In this document: one piece after another, positions 7,420-16,376 of the stretch
Layout: each line of letters opens with the position of its first letter
How positions within the stretch are numbered: position 1 is the stretch's first letter
Assembly: GCA_027019065.1 (NCBI GenBank)
Contig: JALUXH010000192.1
Span: forward strand, 1-43,164
DNA from: Anaerolineales bacterium
Lineage (GTDB): Bacteria > Chloroflexota > Anaerolineae > Anaerolineales > DRMV01
Direction of reading: 5' to 3'
DNA: 43,164 nt
The notes under the pieces: model-generated
Database searches by the model: none
What the model was told of the DNA's origin: nothing
The model's input: the letters and a program-made list of their open reading frames with translations, nothing else
Program-made: the position numbers and the translations under genes

Positions 7420-10400
7420 TCAGGCGGGAAGCAGGTTGATGACAGAAACGGCGGCTAACTGACGGCGAATGCGGAGGTCGGTGGGGGCGAACTTGAGGGC
7501 TTTGCGGAACATGGCTTCGGCGTTTTCGTAGTCGCGGACGGCTTTGTAAATCATGCCCGCCTGGTAATAGGGGCGGCTGTCTTCGGGGGCGAGGCGTTGG
7601 GCGGCCTCTAAAGTTTGCAGTGCGGCGGCATACTGGCTGCGGTCGCTTTGCACCTGCGCAAGTTTGAGCAGGGCTTCCATATGCGCCGGGGCCAGCCGGA
7701 CGGCTTCGCTGAAGTGGTAAAGCGCCTGGTCTAACTGCCCGGCTTCTTTTGCCAGGCTGCCCAAAAGCATGTGCAGCCGGACGCGTTCTTCGGGGGAAAG
7801 GGCGTCAAGGCCGCGCAGGGCTTTTCGGGCGGCCGCGCGGGCGGCGTCGCTCTGGCGGCTGGCGCCCAGCGCTTCGGCCAGCCCCAGCCACAGTGCGGGG
7901 GCGTTTGGGCGGGAAGCCAGAAGCCCGCGCCAGATCTCTACGGCCGCTTTGGGCCCGCCCACCCGGCGGTGCAGTTCGGCGCGCAGGATGTTGAGTTCCA
8001 TGTCGTCGGGGGCGTGGGGAAGGGTTTCTTCCACCAGGCGCAGGGCTTCTTCGGCTTCGTCCAGCGCCAGCAGGGCGTGGGCGGCGTAGCGGGTCGCCTG
8101 AGGGTCGTAGGGGTGGCTTTGCAGCCAGCGGCGCGCCTGCTGAAGGGCGGTTTCGGGGGCCTGCCGGGCAAGGGCGATCTGGATGCCCAGCATGGCCGCT
8201 TCGGCGGCGTGATGGTCGGCGCGGGCTGCAATTTCGGCGTGCCGGGCGGCCTCGTCCAGGTTTCCCAGGCGGAAGAGCACCTGAGCGAGCAGCAAGTGGG
8301 GGCGGGGGTGTTCGGGGTGGTGGCGCAGGGCGGCAGTGAGCGTGCTGCGGGCGGCTTCCGGTTCGCCCCGGGCTATTTCGGCTTCGGCCAGCGCCAGGTG
8401 GTGGGGCAGGTGCTCCGGCTCCAGGCGGACGGCTTCCCGAAGGTGGCGGCGCGCCTGGGCCGGGTGGTGCAGGTCGGTATGAATGGCAGCGGCCAGGGCG
8501 TGCCAGCGGGGCTCTTCCGGCGCCAGCCGCAGCGCGGCGGCGATGGCGTCGGCCGCGGTGGTCAGCTCGCCGAGGCGGTTGGCCAGCCGCGCCGCCAGAA
8601 AATGCGCGGCAGCCCATTGCGGGCGCTCGCGGCGGGCGTTTTGGGCGGCTTGCAGAGCAGCGTGCAGGTCGCCGGCGGGCAGGCTTTCTTGCAGAAGGGC
8701 GAAATAAAACTGCACCAGCGGGTCGTTCTGGAAGGCGGGCAGTGTGCCGCGCAAGGGCATGCTGCGCCGGCGGAGGGCGTCCAGCCCCGCGGCGAGGTCG
8801 GCGGGGGCGGGCGGCTCTTGCAGCAGCAGGGCGCTCAGCTGCCCCTGGAAGGCTGCCATGCCGCGGGCGTACCAGCGGTGCAGCGCCGGATGCCGGCGGT
8901 AACTTTCGGGGGCGGCAGCCAGCCCCAGCCTTTGGGCTGCGGTTTCCAGCGCGTTTTGCCATGCCTCTTGGGCGGCCGCGCCCAAAACTTGCGCTTCGGG
9001 CAGGGCGGCTACGGTTTCAAGGGCCCGGCAGCGGTGGTATTGTTCGGCCTGCAAGGTGAGCAGCCGCGCCTGCCGCAGGGCCGCTGCCGGACTGTGGGGG
9101 CAGCCTGCGGCAACGTGGTCGGCAAAAAGACGGGCGGTGTGCCAGCGCCCCAGTTCGGCGGCAGCCTCGGCGATAGCCGCCCAGGCTGCCAGTGCGGCTG
9201 CGGGCGGCAGGGCTTCACCGGTGGGGGCGGGGGCGTGTTCAACGGCGGCATCAAGCAGCCGGAGGCCTTCGTCCGAATCCACCCGCCGGGCTGTCAGGCG
9301 GGCTTGCAGCGCCAGCAAATGGGGCGATTCGGGGGCGTATTCCAGCCCTTGCGCCATGGCGTCGGCGGCTGCAACTTCCGCCCCTTCTTCCAGCGCGTCT
9401 TCGGCCTGGGCGGCCAGCCATTCTGCCAAATGGTGGGCCGACGCCGGCGCCGGGGCGGCCTGCAACAGCCGGTGGGCGCGTTCGGGTTGCAGCAACGCGC
9501 GGGCCAGTGCCAGGGCTTCCAGCCGCAGCGGCAGGTCTTCCGGTTTGAGGAGAAGGGCTTCTTCGGCGGCCTGAAGCGCCTGGGGAAGGCTGCCCACCGC
9601 GCGCCACAGCCCGACGGAGGCCCGCAGCAGCGGGAAGGCGCGGGGGTATTCTTCGGCGGCGCGCGTCAGGGCCTGCGCCGCACGCTGCGGATGCCCTTGC
9701 GCCAGATGGTTCTGGGCGATGGCGAGGTGCAGGGCGATGCGGGCTTCGGCTTCTTCGGCGCGGCGGTTTTGGGTTTGCCGAAGGGCATGCAGGGCGGCCT
9801 GGGTGGAGGCTTCAAAGGCGTCTTGTTCTTGTAAGGCGCGCACCAGGGCGAGGTGCCAGGAGGCGGGAGCGTTTTCGGTGTGGACGGCCTGTTGCAGGCA
9901 GCGCACGGCGGCCTCGGTTTGCCCCAGCGCGACCAGCAGGCTTCCGGCTTCGGCGCACCAGGCCGGTGTGGTGCGGTCGGGGTCGTGCAGAAAAGGCTGC
10001 AGCGCGGCGAGGGCTTTTTGGGGCTGTTCCAGGGCGTGGTAGATTTTGGCCAGCAGCCGGGCGATTTCGGGGTCGCCGGGTTGGAGGGCGGCGCTGTTTT
10101 CTAAAATTTCGGCTGCCCGGGCGGCTTCGCCGAGTTCCAGCAGCAGTTCGGCATACCATTGGGCGATTTCCGGTGCGCGGCGGCCGAGGCGCAACGCGTC
10201 GGCGCCGGCGTCAATGGCCTGGTCGCGGAAGTTCAGCCGACGGTAGGCTTCGGCCTGCAACTGCCGCAGGCGGGGCGTGGCGCCGTGCTGCAGGGCATCT
10301 TCCACTGCGGCGAGGCCGATTTCCGGCCGGTTCAGCCGGAGGGCGGTTTCCGCCAGCCCGATGGCAATGGCTTGCTGGCGGTGGGGGGCTTCGGCGGGCA

Positions 10401-12561
10401 GGCTTTGCAGCGCCTGACGGTAGGCTTGCAGGGCTTCGGCGTCGTTTTGCTGCCGACGGTGCGCCTGTGCCAGCGCGAGCAGAATGTCGGCGCGCAGGAG
10501 GGTGTCTTCGGCGGCGGCATTTTGCGGCATACGGGCGAGGGCCTGCTGCAGGGCGTGGGCGGCGCGTTCGGGGTCGGTTTGGGCGGCCAGCAGGGCCCGG
10601 GCGTAGAGGTAGAGGTCGCGCGGTGTGGCTTCAGGCTGTTGAGAGAAGGGCGCCAGCAGGGCTGCCGCGGCGTGCGGGTCGTTGGCGGCGAGGTGCGCCT
10701 GGGCCAGCAGGCGGGCGGTTTGGGGTGCGGGCGTGTCGCGGTGATAAGGCTGCAGCAGGTCGCGGGCTGTTTCCGGTTCGCCGAGGGCGAGGCAGGTTTG
10801 GGCCAGCGCGGCGGCAATATCGGCGCGCTCGGGGGCAAGGCTGTGGGCGGTTTCCAGCGCCGGGCGGGCGTGCCCCGGCCGGTTGTGGCGCAGCAGGTGC
10901 TGCCCCAGCCGATAGTGGATTTCGGCGTTTTCGGGGAGGGCGTGGGCGGCGGTTTGCAGGATGTCCAGCACGGCGTGGTCGTCTTCGGTGCGGGCGGCCA
11001 CTTCGGCCAGCGCGAGATAGGGGTGGGCGTCGGCGGGGTGATGGGCAATGGCCTTTTGCAGGTGGCGGCGTGCGGCTTCCAACTGCCCTTCCCTAGCCAG
11101 CACTTCCCCCACGATGGTGAGCGCCTGAGGGTGCTCGGGGGTGTGCGCCAGCACGGTTTCGGCGGCGCGGCGGGCTTCGGTGAGCCGGTCGGCGCGCAGC
11201 GCCAGGCGGGCGAAGGCGAGGTGGTCTTCGGGGGCGGCTTCGGGGGCGTCGGCCAACTGGCGGCGGGCCTGCAGGGCTTCGGTGAGCAGCCCGGCGGCTT
11301 CCTGCGCCTGGGCCAGGCGGCGGAGGCGTTCGGGGGCTGGGGCGAGCCGGTGGGCAAGGAAGGCGGTTTCGGCGGCTTCGGCGGGGCGGCGGGCTTGCAG
11401 TGCGAGGTCGGCGGCCAGGTCCAGCGCGTGGGGGTCTTCCGGCCGGAGGGCGGCAAGGCGCAAGGCGGCCTGCGCCGCGGCCGAGGTTTCGCCCAGGTCG
11501 GCGAGGGTTTCGGCCAGCGTGCGCAGCAGATCGTCAGGAAGATCGGTGAGACGGGCCAGGGCTTTGAGTGCCCAGGCGCGGGCGGTTTCCGGCTGCGTGT
11601 GATGCCACAGGTGCGCCGCTGCGGCTTGCAGCGCGGGGTGGCTCGGCGTTTCGGGAAGCAGCGTGCGGGCTTCGTCGGTGCGGCGCAGGCGGTGGAGCGC
11701 CAGGGCGTGCCGGGCCAGCATTTCGGCTTCGGAAGGCAAATGGGTGGCGGCCTGTTCCCAGGCCGTCAGCGCAGTGGGCAGATCGCCCTGCAAAGCTGCC
11801 AGCCGCGCCTGGTGAACGGCGACCCGGCCGGCGATGTGGCGGAGGGTTTCCCATGTGCGGCCGAGGGCTGCCTGGGCTTCTTCGTTTTGCCCTTCGGCCG
11901 CGGCGTGAAGGGCGCGCTGCCACGCATCGTATGGCGGGGGCAGGGGCTGCGAGGCCATTGGGGATGCGATGGCGCGTGCCAGATCGGGGCGGAGGTGGTG
12001 GACTTCCCAGGCGGTGAGAAGGCGCTGCTGCGGAGCCAGCCGCCGCAGGAATTCGGCCAGGCGCACGGCCTGAATTTCCGGGGGGGCGGGCTGGCTGAGG
12101 AGGGCGTGCAGGGCCAGTGCGGCTCCGCCGGGCAGGGCGGCGATGGCTTCCAGCAGGGCGGGCGCGTCGTCGGCCCAGGCCAGCGCACAGGATAAGGGGG
12201 TACGCCAGGCCGAAGGTTCGCCTTCCAGAAAGTCGCCCAGCCCTGCCCAGCCGTGATTGTCTTGGCGGAAGGCTTGCAGGGTTAACGCCAGCCGGGCGGC
12301 ATCGGCCAGGGTGGGCGGCGGCAGGGGCGGGCTTGCGGAGGCGGCATCGTCCTGCGGGGCGTGTTCCAGGGCCAACCGCGCCAGGGCGCCCGGGTGCCAG
12401 GCCGTGGGGGCTGCGCCCAGGGTTTCCAACGCGCGTTCCCCCAGGCCGCCGTGCAGCGCTTCCCATATCAGGGGGTCGTGCATCAGCGCAGCGACCACCC
12501 AGGGGAAAGCGTCCGGCGGGAGTTGTTGTTGGAGAGCAAAAAGGAAAGGCCGGGTGGGCAT
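7420..12561 (-). CDS. Giant tetratricopeptide-repeat (TPR) protein, 1713 aa
   Basis: A single uninterrupted ORF. The ATG at 12561 is preceded by GAGG-6nt (the ORF track's longer start is 12609). The sequence is Ala/Leu-rich, with a TPR-like 34-residue periodicity (e.g. ...AEAMFRKALKFAPTD...) throughout. No catalytic motif was recognised. Confidence 0.85.
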   Translation of the reverse strand: MPTRPFLFALQQQLPPDAFPWVVAALMHDPLIWEALHGGLGERALETLGAAPTAWHPGALARLALEHAPQDDAASASPPLPPPTLADAARLALTLQAFRQDNHGWAGLGDFLEGEPSAWRTPLSCALAWADDAPALLEAIAALPGGAALALHALLSQPAPPEIQAVRLAEFLRRLAPQQRLLTAWEVHHLRPDLARAIASPMASQPLPPPYDAWQRALHAAAEGQNEEAQAALGRTWETLRHIAGRVAVHQARLAALQGDLPTALTAWEQAATHLPSEAEMLARHALALHRLRRTDEARTLLPETPSHPALQAAAAHLWHHTQPETARAWALKALARLTDLPDDLLRTLAETLADLGETSAAAQAALRLAALRPEDPHALDLAADLALQARRPAEAAETAFLAHRLAPAPERLRRLAQAQEAAGLLTEALQARRQLADAPEAAPEDHLAFARLALRADRLTEARRAAETVLAHTPEHPQALTIVGEVLAREGQLEAARRHLQKAIAHHPADAHPYLALAEVAARTEDDHAVLDILQTAAHALPENAEIHYRLGQHLLRHNRPGHARPALETAHSLAPERADIAAALAQTCLALGEPETARDLLQPYHRDTPAPQTARLLAQAHLAANDPHAAAALLAPFSQQPEATPRDLYLYARALLAAQTDPERAAHALQQALARMPQNAAAEDTLLRADILLALAQAHRRQQNDAEALQAYRQALQSLPAEAPHRQQAIAIGLAETALRLNRPEIGLAAVEDALQHGATPRLRQLQAEAYRRLNFRDQAIDAGADALRLGRRAPEIAQWYAELLLELGEAARAAEILENSAALQPGDPEIARLLAKIYHALEQPQKALAALQPFLHDPDRTTPAWCAEAGSLLVALGQTEAAVRCLQQAVHTENAPASWHLALVRALQEQDAFEASTQAALHALRQTQNRRAEEAEARIALHLAIAQNHLAQGHPQRAAQALTRAAEEYPRAFPLLRASVGLWRAVGSLPQALQAAEEALLLKPEDLPLRLEALALARALLQPERAHRLLQAAPAPASAHHLAEWLAAQAEDALEEGAEVAAADAMAQGLEYAPESPHLLALQARLTARRVDSDEGLRLLDAAVEHAPAPTGEALPPAAALAAWAAIAEAAAELGRWHTARLFADHVAAGCPHSPAAALRQARLLTLQAEQYHRCRALETVAALPEAQVLGAAAQEAWQNALETAAQRLGLAAAPESYRRHPALHRWYARGMAAFQGQLSALLLQEPPAPADLAAGLDALRRRSMPLRGTLPAFQNDPLVQFYFALLQESLPAGDLHAALQAAQNARRERPQWAAAHFLAARLANRLGELTTAADAIAAALRLAPEEPRWHALAAAIHTDLHHPAQARRHLREAVRLEPEHLPHHLALAEAEIARGEPEAARSTLTAALRHHPEHPRPHLLLAQVLFRLGNLDEAARHAEIAARADHHAAEAAMLGIQIALARQAPETALQQARRWLQSHPYDPQATRYAAHALLALDEAEEALRLVEETLPHAPDDMELNILRAELHRRVGGPKAAVEIWRGLLASRPNAPALWLGLAEALGASRQSDAARAAARKALRGLDALSPEERVRLHMLLGSLAKEAGQLDQALYHFSEAVRLAPAHMEALLKLAQVQSDRSQYAAALQTLEAAQRLAPEDSRPYYQAGMIYKAVRDYENAEAMFRKALKFAPTDLRIRRQLAAVSVINLLPA

Positions 12562-12637
12562 GGGAAACCTCGTGTTTCGCGGGCCGGGGGCTGCGCTGCC
12601 GGGCAGCAACGCCCGCGCGAAGAATCTGGGCTCTGGT

Positions 12638-12686
12638 TGTATCTGTTCAGCCTCAGCAGAAAGAAACCGCAGATTGCGCTGAACAG
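12638..12686. repeat. T-module repeat copy (reverse orientation) flanked by a 9-bp inverted repeat
   Basis: tgtatctgttcagcctcagcagaaagaaaccgcagattgcgctgaacag is the reverse complement of the T module seen at 3372, 26817 and 29207. ctgttcagc (12643-12651) pairs with gctgaacag (12678-12686). Confidence 0.8.
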
Positions 12687-12699
12687 TGACCTCTGGTTT

Positions 12700-13026
12700 T
12701 TAGTGGATGGGGAGGATGTACTGGTAGGGGAAATACATCAGGGCCAGGCCGAGGACGATGAGGAAGATGCCTACGCCGGCGGTGGTTTGCACCAGGCGGG
12801 TGAGGGCGCTGACCAGCGCAGAGGCGTTCCCAACCAGGCCTGAGGCGTCTTCTACGATGCCTTTTTGGGCCAGCCGGGCCGTGTGAGCAGCGACGCGCTG
12901 GATGTCGCGGTTCATGGCGCGAGCCACGAGGACAAAAATGCCCATCACAAAAGTTGCCATGCCCAGCAGGAACACCAGCCCGCCGAGCCACATGCGCAGG
13001 TCTTGCGGGGTGAGGGGGGTGTGCAT
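12700..13026 (-). CDS. Small membrane protein (two hydrophobic helices), unknown function
   Basis: 108-aa ORF with the TM-like segments WLGGLVFLLGMATFVMGIFVLVA and GVGIFLIVLGLALMYF. It lies upstream of the TPR giant on the same strand. Confidence 0.55.
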   Translation of the reverse strand: MHTPLTPQDLRMWLGGLVFLLGMATFVMGIFVLVARAMNRDIQRVAAHTARLAQKGIVEDASGLVGNASALVSALTRLVQTTAGVGIFLIVLGLALMYFPYQYILPIH

Positions 13027-13105
13027 TCCGACCTCCTTGGGGTGAGATAACGGCCGCTTTCAGCGGTGCAAGAGGTGTGCCAGCGGCGGTGCGGCGGGAG
13101 CGCGG

Positions 13106-13111
13106 TATAAT
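13106..13111 (+). promoter_or_regulatory. Candidate -10 box (TATAAT) for tRNA-Leu
   Basis: A perfect TATAAT lies 10 nt upstream of the mature tRNA 5' end. No clear -35 element. Confidence 0.35.
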
Positions 13112-13121
13112 GAGGCCTCGC

Positions 13122-13203
13122 GGGCATGTGGCGGAACGGGCAGACGCGACAGACTTAGGATCTGTTGCCGAAAGGCGTGTGGGTTCGAATCCCACCATGC
13201 CCA
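13122..13203 (+). tRNA. tRNA-Leu (anticodon UAG), type II with long variable arm; CCA not encoded
   Basis: Manual fold: acceptor GGGCATG/CATGCCC; D stem GCG/CGC; anticodon stem ACAGA/TCTGT with loop CTTAGGA (anticodon TAG at 13156-13158). The variable arm is TGCCGAAAGGCGT, the T arm is GTGGG-TTCGAAT-CCCAC and the discriminator is A. Confidence 0.9.
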
Positions 13204-13215
13204 CTGGCAGTGTGG

Positions 13216-13224
13216 TGATATAAT
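13216..13224 (+). promoter_or_regulatory. Extended -10 promoter element (TGATATAAT) upstream of tig
   Basis: Exact TGnTATAAT about 42 nt upstream of the TTG start of tig. Confidence 0.45.
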
Positions 13225-13265
13225 TGCGCCGCGTATTCCACGGATTCTTTTTGTGAGGTAGAGCC

Positions 13266-14765
13266 TTGAAAGTTACAACCACCCTTCGTGAAGACCATCA
13301 AGCCGAACTGACGCTGGTGTTGGACAGCCAGGAAATGGCGCGCGCCAAGCGGCGTGTGGCGCGCGAATATGCCCGCCGGATGAAAATTCCCGGCTTTCGC
13401 CCCGGAAAGGCGCCTTATGAAATCGTGGCGCGGCGCGTTGGCGAAGCGGCCATCCGTGAAGAGGCGCTGGAGCGCCTGCTTGACGAGTATTACCCCAAAG
13501 CGCTGGAAGAAGCCGGCATTGAGCCTTACGGGCCGGGGGAGTTGCAAGAGATTGTGTCTGATGACCCACCGACGTTCAAATTGCTGGTGCCGCTGGCCGT
13601 GGATGTGGATTTGGGGGACTACCGCAACGTGCGGCTGCCCTATGAGCCGCCCGAACTTGCCGATGAGGAAGTTGAGAAAGCGCTTAACGCCTACCGGCAG
13701 TTGTTTGCCGTGCTTGAACCGGTGGACCGGCCGGCAGAAGTGGGCGATGTCGTTTACGTGAATGTTGAGGCTTATGAAGAAGGCCGGGAAGACGGCGAGC
13801 CGCTTTTTGCCGACCAAAACCACCCGGTGCTGATTGAGGAAGAGCCTCACGAGGGCGAGTGGCCTTATCCGGGGTTTCCCGAAGAATTTGTGGGCGCTCA
13901 GGCCGGTGATAAGAAAACTCTGACGTACACCTACCCGGATGATGAAGAAGATGAAACTTTGCGCGGCCAAACGGTGGTGGTGAAGGCGGAGGTTACCGAG
14001 GTCAAAGCGCGCAGCGTGCCCGAGCTTGATGATGAACTGGCCCGGCAATTGGGCGCCGAGGATGCCGAGGACCTGCGCAAGGGTGTGCGGGAGTCGCTGG
14101 TGCAGCAAAAGCAGACGGCTTACGATGAGAATTACCTTATGGATGCTTTGGATGCGATTGTGGCGCAGGCCACGCTCAAATACCCGCCGCAGGCCGTGGA
14201 AGCCGAAGTGGATGACCGTTTGGACGAATACCGGCGGGAAGCCCGGCAACGCGGCCTTTCGTGGGAGGCGTATCTCAAAGAGCGCGGCACCGATGAGGAA
14301 ACGCTGAGGGCGGAACTTCGGCAGGAGGTTGAGCCTTTTGTGCGCCGCCGCCTGGTGCTGGAGGCTATCGTTGCCAAAGAAGAGATGGAGGTGGACGCCG
14401 ACAGGGTGATGCAATCGGCGCGTGATTACCTCGTGCGGATGGCTGCATCTATGGAACGCAAAGAAGCGCGCAAACTCGGACGCGACAAAGCGTTTATTCA
14501 TGACCTCGTGACGGCAGCAGCCCATGACGATCTGATGGAACAGGCGGAAACTTTCGTGATTGCCCTTGCCAAAGGGGAACTGGAAGCCCGGGATGAGGCC
14601 GGAGAGGCCGACGCGGCGCAGCCGCCTGAGGCCGGGGCGTCTTCCGAAGCAGGGGAGGGTGAAGCCCAGGCCGAAGCCGCAGAGGCGCCCTCTGATGCCG
14701 GAGCACAACCGGCCGGCGCGGACGAAAGCGCCGAAGCGGTTTCCCCTGACGAGCCGGAAGCATAA
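13266..14765 (+). CDS. tig: Trigger factor
   Basis: 499-aa ORF with a TTG start preceded by GAGG. The N-terminal [11 protein letters not shown] ribosome-binding signature, its position upstream of clpP and an acidic C-terminal tail support the call. Confidence 0.93.
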   Translation: MKVTTTLREDHQAELTLVLDSQEMARAKRRVAREYARRMKIPGFRPGKAPYEIVARRVGEAAIREEALERLLDEYYPKALEEAGIEPYGPGELQEIVSDDPPTFKLLVPLAVDVDLGDYRNVRLPYEPPELADEEVEKALNAYRQLFAVLEPVDRPAEVGDVVYVNVEAYEEGREDGEPLFADQNHPVLIEEEPHEGEWPYPGFPEEFVGAQAGDKKTLTYTYPDDEEDETLRGQTVVVKAEVTEVKARSVPELDDELARQLGAEDAEDLRKGVRESLVQQKQTAYDENYLMDALDAIVAQATLKYPPQAVEAEVDDRLDEYRREARQRGLSWEAYLKERGTDEETLRAELRQEVEPFVRRRLVLEAIVAKEEMEVDADRVMQSARDYLVRMAASMERKEARKLGRDKAFIHDLVTAAAHDDLMEQAETFVIALAKGELEARDEAGEADAAQPPEAGASSEAGEGEAQAEAAEAPSDAGAQPAGADESAEAVSPDEPEA

Positions 14766-14776
14766 GGAGGCCAACC

Positions 14777-15385
14777 ATGATGGAGCCGCGGGCTGTTATC
14801 CCGATGGTCATTGAAAGCTCTGGACGCGGCGAGCGGGCTTATGATATTTTCTCGCTGCTGCTCAAAGAGCGTATTGTGTTTGTGGGCACGCCCATCAACG
14901 ACCAGGTGGCCAATTTGATTGTGGCGCAGTTACTTTACCTCAACCGGGAAGACCCCGAAGCGCCCATTCAGATGTACATCAACTCGCCGGGCGGGCAAAT
15001 TTATGCCGGGCTGGCGATTTACGACACGATGCAGATGATCACCAACCCGGTGAGCACGGTGGCCGTAGGGCTGACGGCTTCTTTCGGCACCGTATTGCTC
15101 ACTGCAGGCACGCAGGGCCAGCGGTATGCTTTGCCTCATGCCACGATTCATATGCATCAGCCGTTGGGCGGCGCCCAGGGGCAGGCTTCCGACATTGAAA
15201 TTCAGGCCAAAGAGATTTTGCGCCTGCGGGAGCGGCTGAACGAAATTCTGGCGCGCCACACCGGCCAGCCGCTGGACGCCATAGAACGCGATACCGAGCG
15301 CGATTATTACATGAGCGCCCAGGAAGCCGCAGATTACGGCCTGGTGGATAAGGTGCTGGAACCTCCGCCCAAGGCCGAATTGTAA
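14777..15385 (+). CDS. clpP: ATP-dependent Clp protease proteolytic subunit
   Basis: 202-aa ORF with [25 protein letters not shown], a catalytic Ser region (TASFG) and a MHQP motif. Confidence 0.95.
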   Translation: MMEPRAVIPMVIESSGRGERAYDIFSLLLKERIVFVGTPINDQVANLIVAQLLYLNREDPEAPIQMYINSPGGQIYAGLAIYDTMQMITNPVSTVAVGLTASFGTVLLTAGTQGQRYALPHATIHMHQPLGGAQGQASDIEIQAKEILRLRERLNEILARHTGQPLDAIERDTERDYYMSAQEAADYGLVDKVLEPPPKAEL

Positions 15386-15397
15386 GGTCTGCTCTTG

Positions 15398-15432
15398 ACC
15401 GCGTCGGGCGAGTTCCCGACGCGGTGTTGTTT
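15398..15432 (+). terminator. Rho-independent terminator after clpP
   Basis: An 11-bp perfect stem accgcgtcggg/cccgacgcggt with loop cgagtt, followed by gttgttt. Confidence 0.7.
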
Positions 15433-15506
15433 GGGCGCATGCCTGGCTGTTTGGCAAAGAGGCTTTGCGCCGAGGCCGCGAGGCCGAAGATGCGCAGGAG
15501 TGAACC

Positions 15507-16376
15507 ATGCCGCCGATTCGGGCGTTGATTCTGGATATGGACGGGGTGGTCTGGCGCGGCAGCCAGCCACTGGGAAATTTGCCCGCGCTTTTTACCCGCA
15601 TGGAAGCATTGGGACTGCGGTCGGTTTTTGTGACGAATAACGCCACCCGGTCGGTCACGCAGTATGTGGAGCGTTTGCGGGGGCTTGGGGTGGAAGTCTC
15701 GGGCGAGCGCATTCTCAATTCGGCGCAGGCTGCGGCGCATGCGCTGGCCGGGCGGCTGGCTGCGGGCGCATGGGTGTACGTGCTTGGCGAAGGCGGCCTG
15801 CGGGAAACGCTAAAAGCCGCCGGATTTCGTATAGCCACTGAATGGCGGAAAACCTGGCTGCAAAATCCAGCACCCGATAACACACCACAGGCCGTCGTCA
15901 TTGCCCTTGACCGTGAATGCACCTACGCGCAAATCCGCACCGCAACGCTGCTTATCCGCCAGGGCGCACTTTTCATAGCCACCAACCCCGACCGTACTTT
16001 CCCAACACCTGAAGGGCTGGTCCCCGGCGCGGGGGCTATCATTGCCGCCGTAGAGGCAGCAACCGATCAGCAAGCCCTTGTGGTGGGCAAGCCCCGCCCG
16101 CTGCTCTTCCAGATGGCGCTGGAGCGGCTGGGCACGCGCCCCGAAGAAACCCTGGTTGTAGGCGACCGCCTGGAAACCGACATCGCCGGAGGGCAAGCCG
16201 CCGGATGCCGCACCGCGCTGGTGCTTTCCGGCGTGACTTCGGCAGAACAGGCCGCCCGCTGGGAACCGGCCCCCGACTTGATCGCCCCCGACCTGACGGC
16301 CATTGTGGACTTCCTGGAACGGGAACGCCACTGGCAGGGCAGGCGGGTCGTTGACGGTAAAGCCCACCTGCCATGA
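15507..16376 (+). CDS. HAD-superfamily hydrolase, subfamily IIA (NagD/phosphatase-like)
   Basis: 289-aa ORF with the DMDGVVW nucleophile motif, VTNN and GDRLETDI motifs. Confidence 0.85.
   Translation: MPPIRALILDMDGVVWRGSQPLGNLPALFTRMEALGLRSVFVTNNATRSVTQYVERLRGLGVEVSGERILNSAQAAAHALAGRLAAGAWVYVLGEGGLRETLKAAGFRIATEWRKTWLQNPAPDNTPQAVVIALDRECTYAQIRTATLLIRQGALFIATNPDRTFPTPEGLVPGAGAIIAAVEAATDQQALVVGKPRPLLFQMALERLGTRPEETLVVGDRLETDIAGGQAAGCRTALVLSGVTSAEQAARWEPAPDLIAPDLTAIVDFLERERHWQGRRVVDGKAHLP

Noticed and set aside
7771-12195. Very long plus-strand ORFs (7771-9834, 687 aa; 10159-12195, 678 aa; also 9966-11096) antisense to the giant TPR gene
   Set aside because: Their products are Gly/Arg/Pro-rich low-complexity strings without motifs. 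They mirror the Ala/Leu-rich GC3-biased TPR frame, which suppresses stop codons on the opposite strand. The minus-strand frame has coherent TPR periodicity and a proper RBS.
13155-14774. 539-aa minus-strand ORF covering the whole of tig
   Set aside because: It is a shadow ORF. The plus-strand frame encodes an unmistakable trigger factor, and the antisense product has no recognisable features and no RBS.
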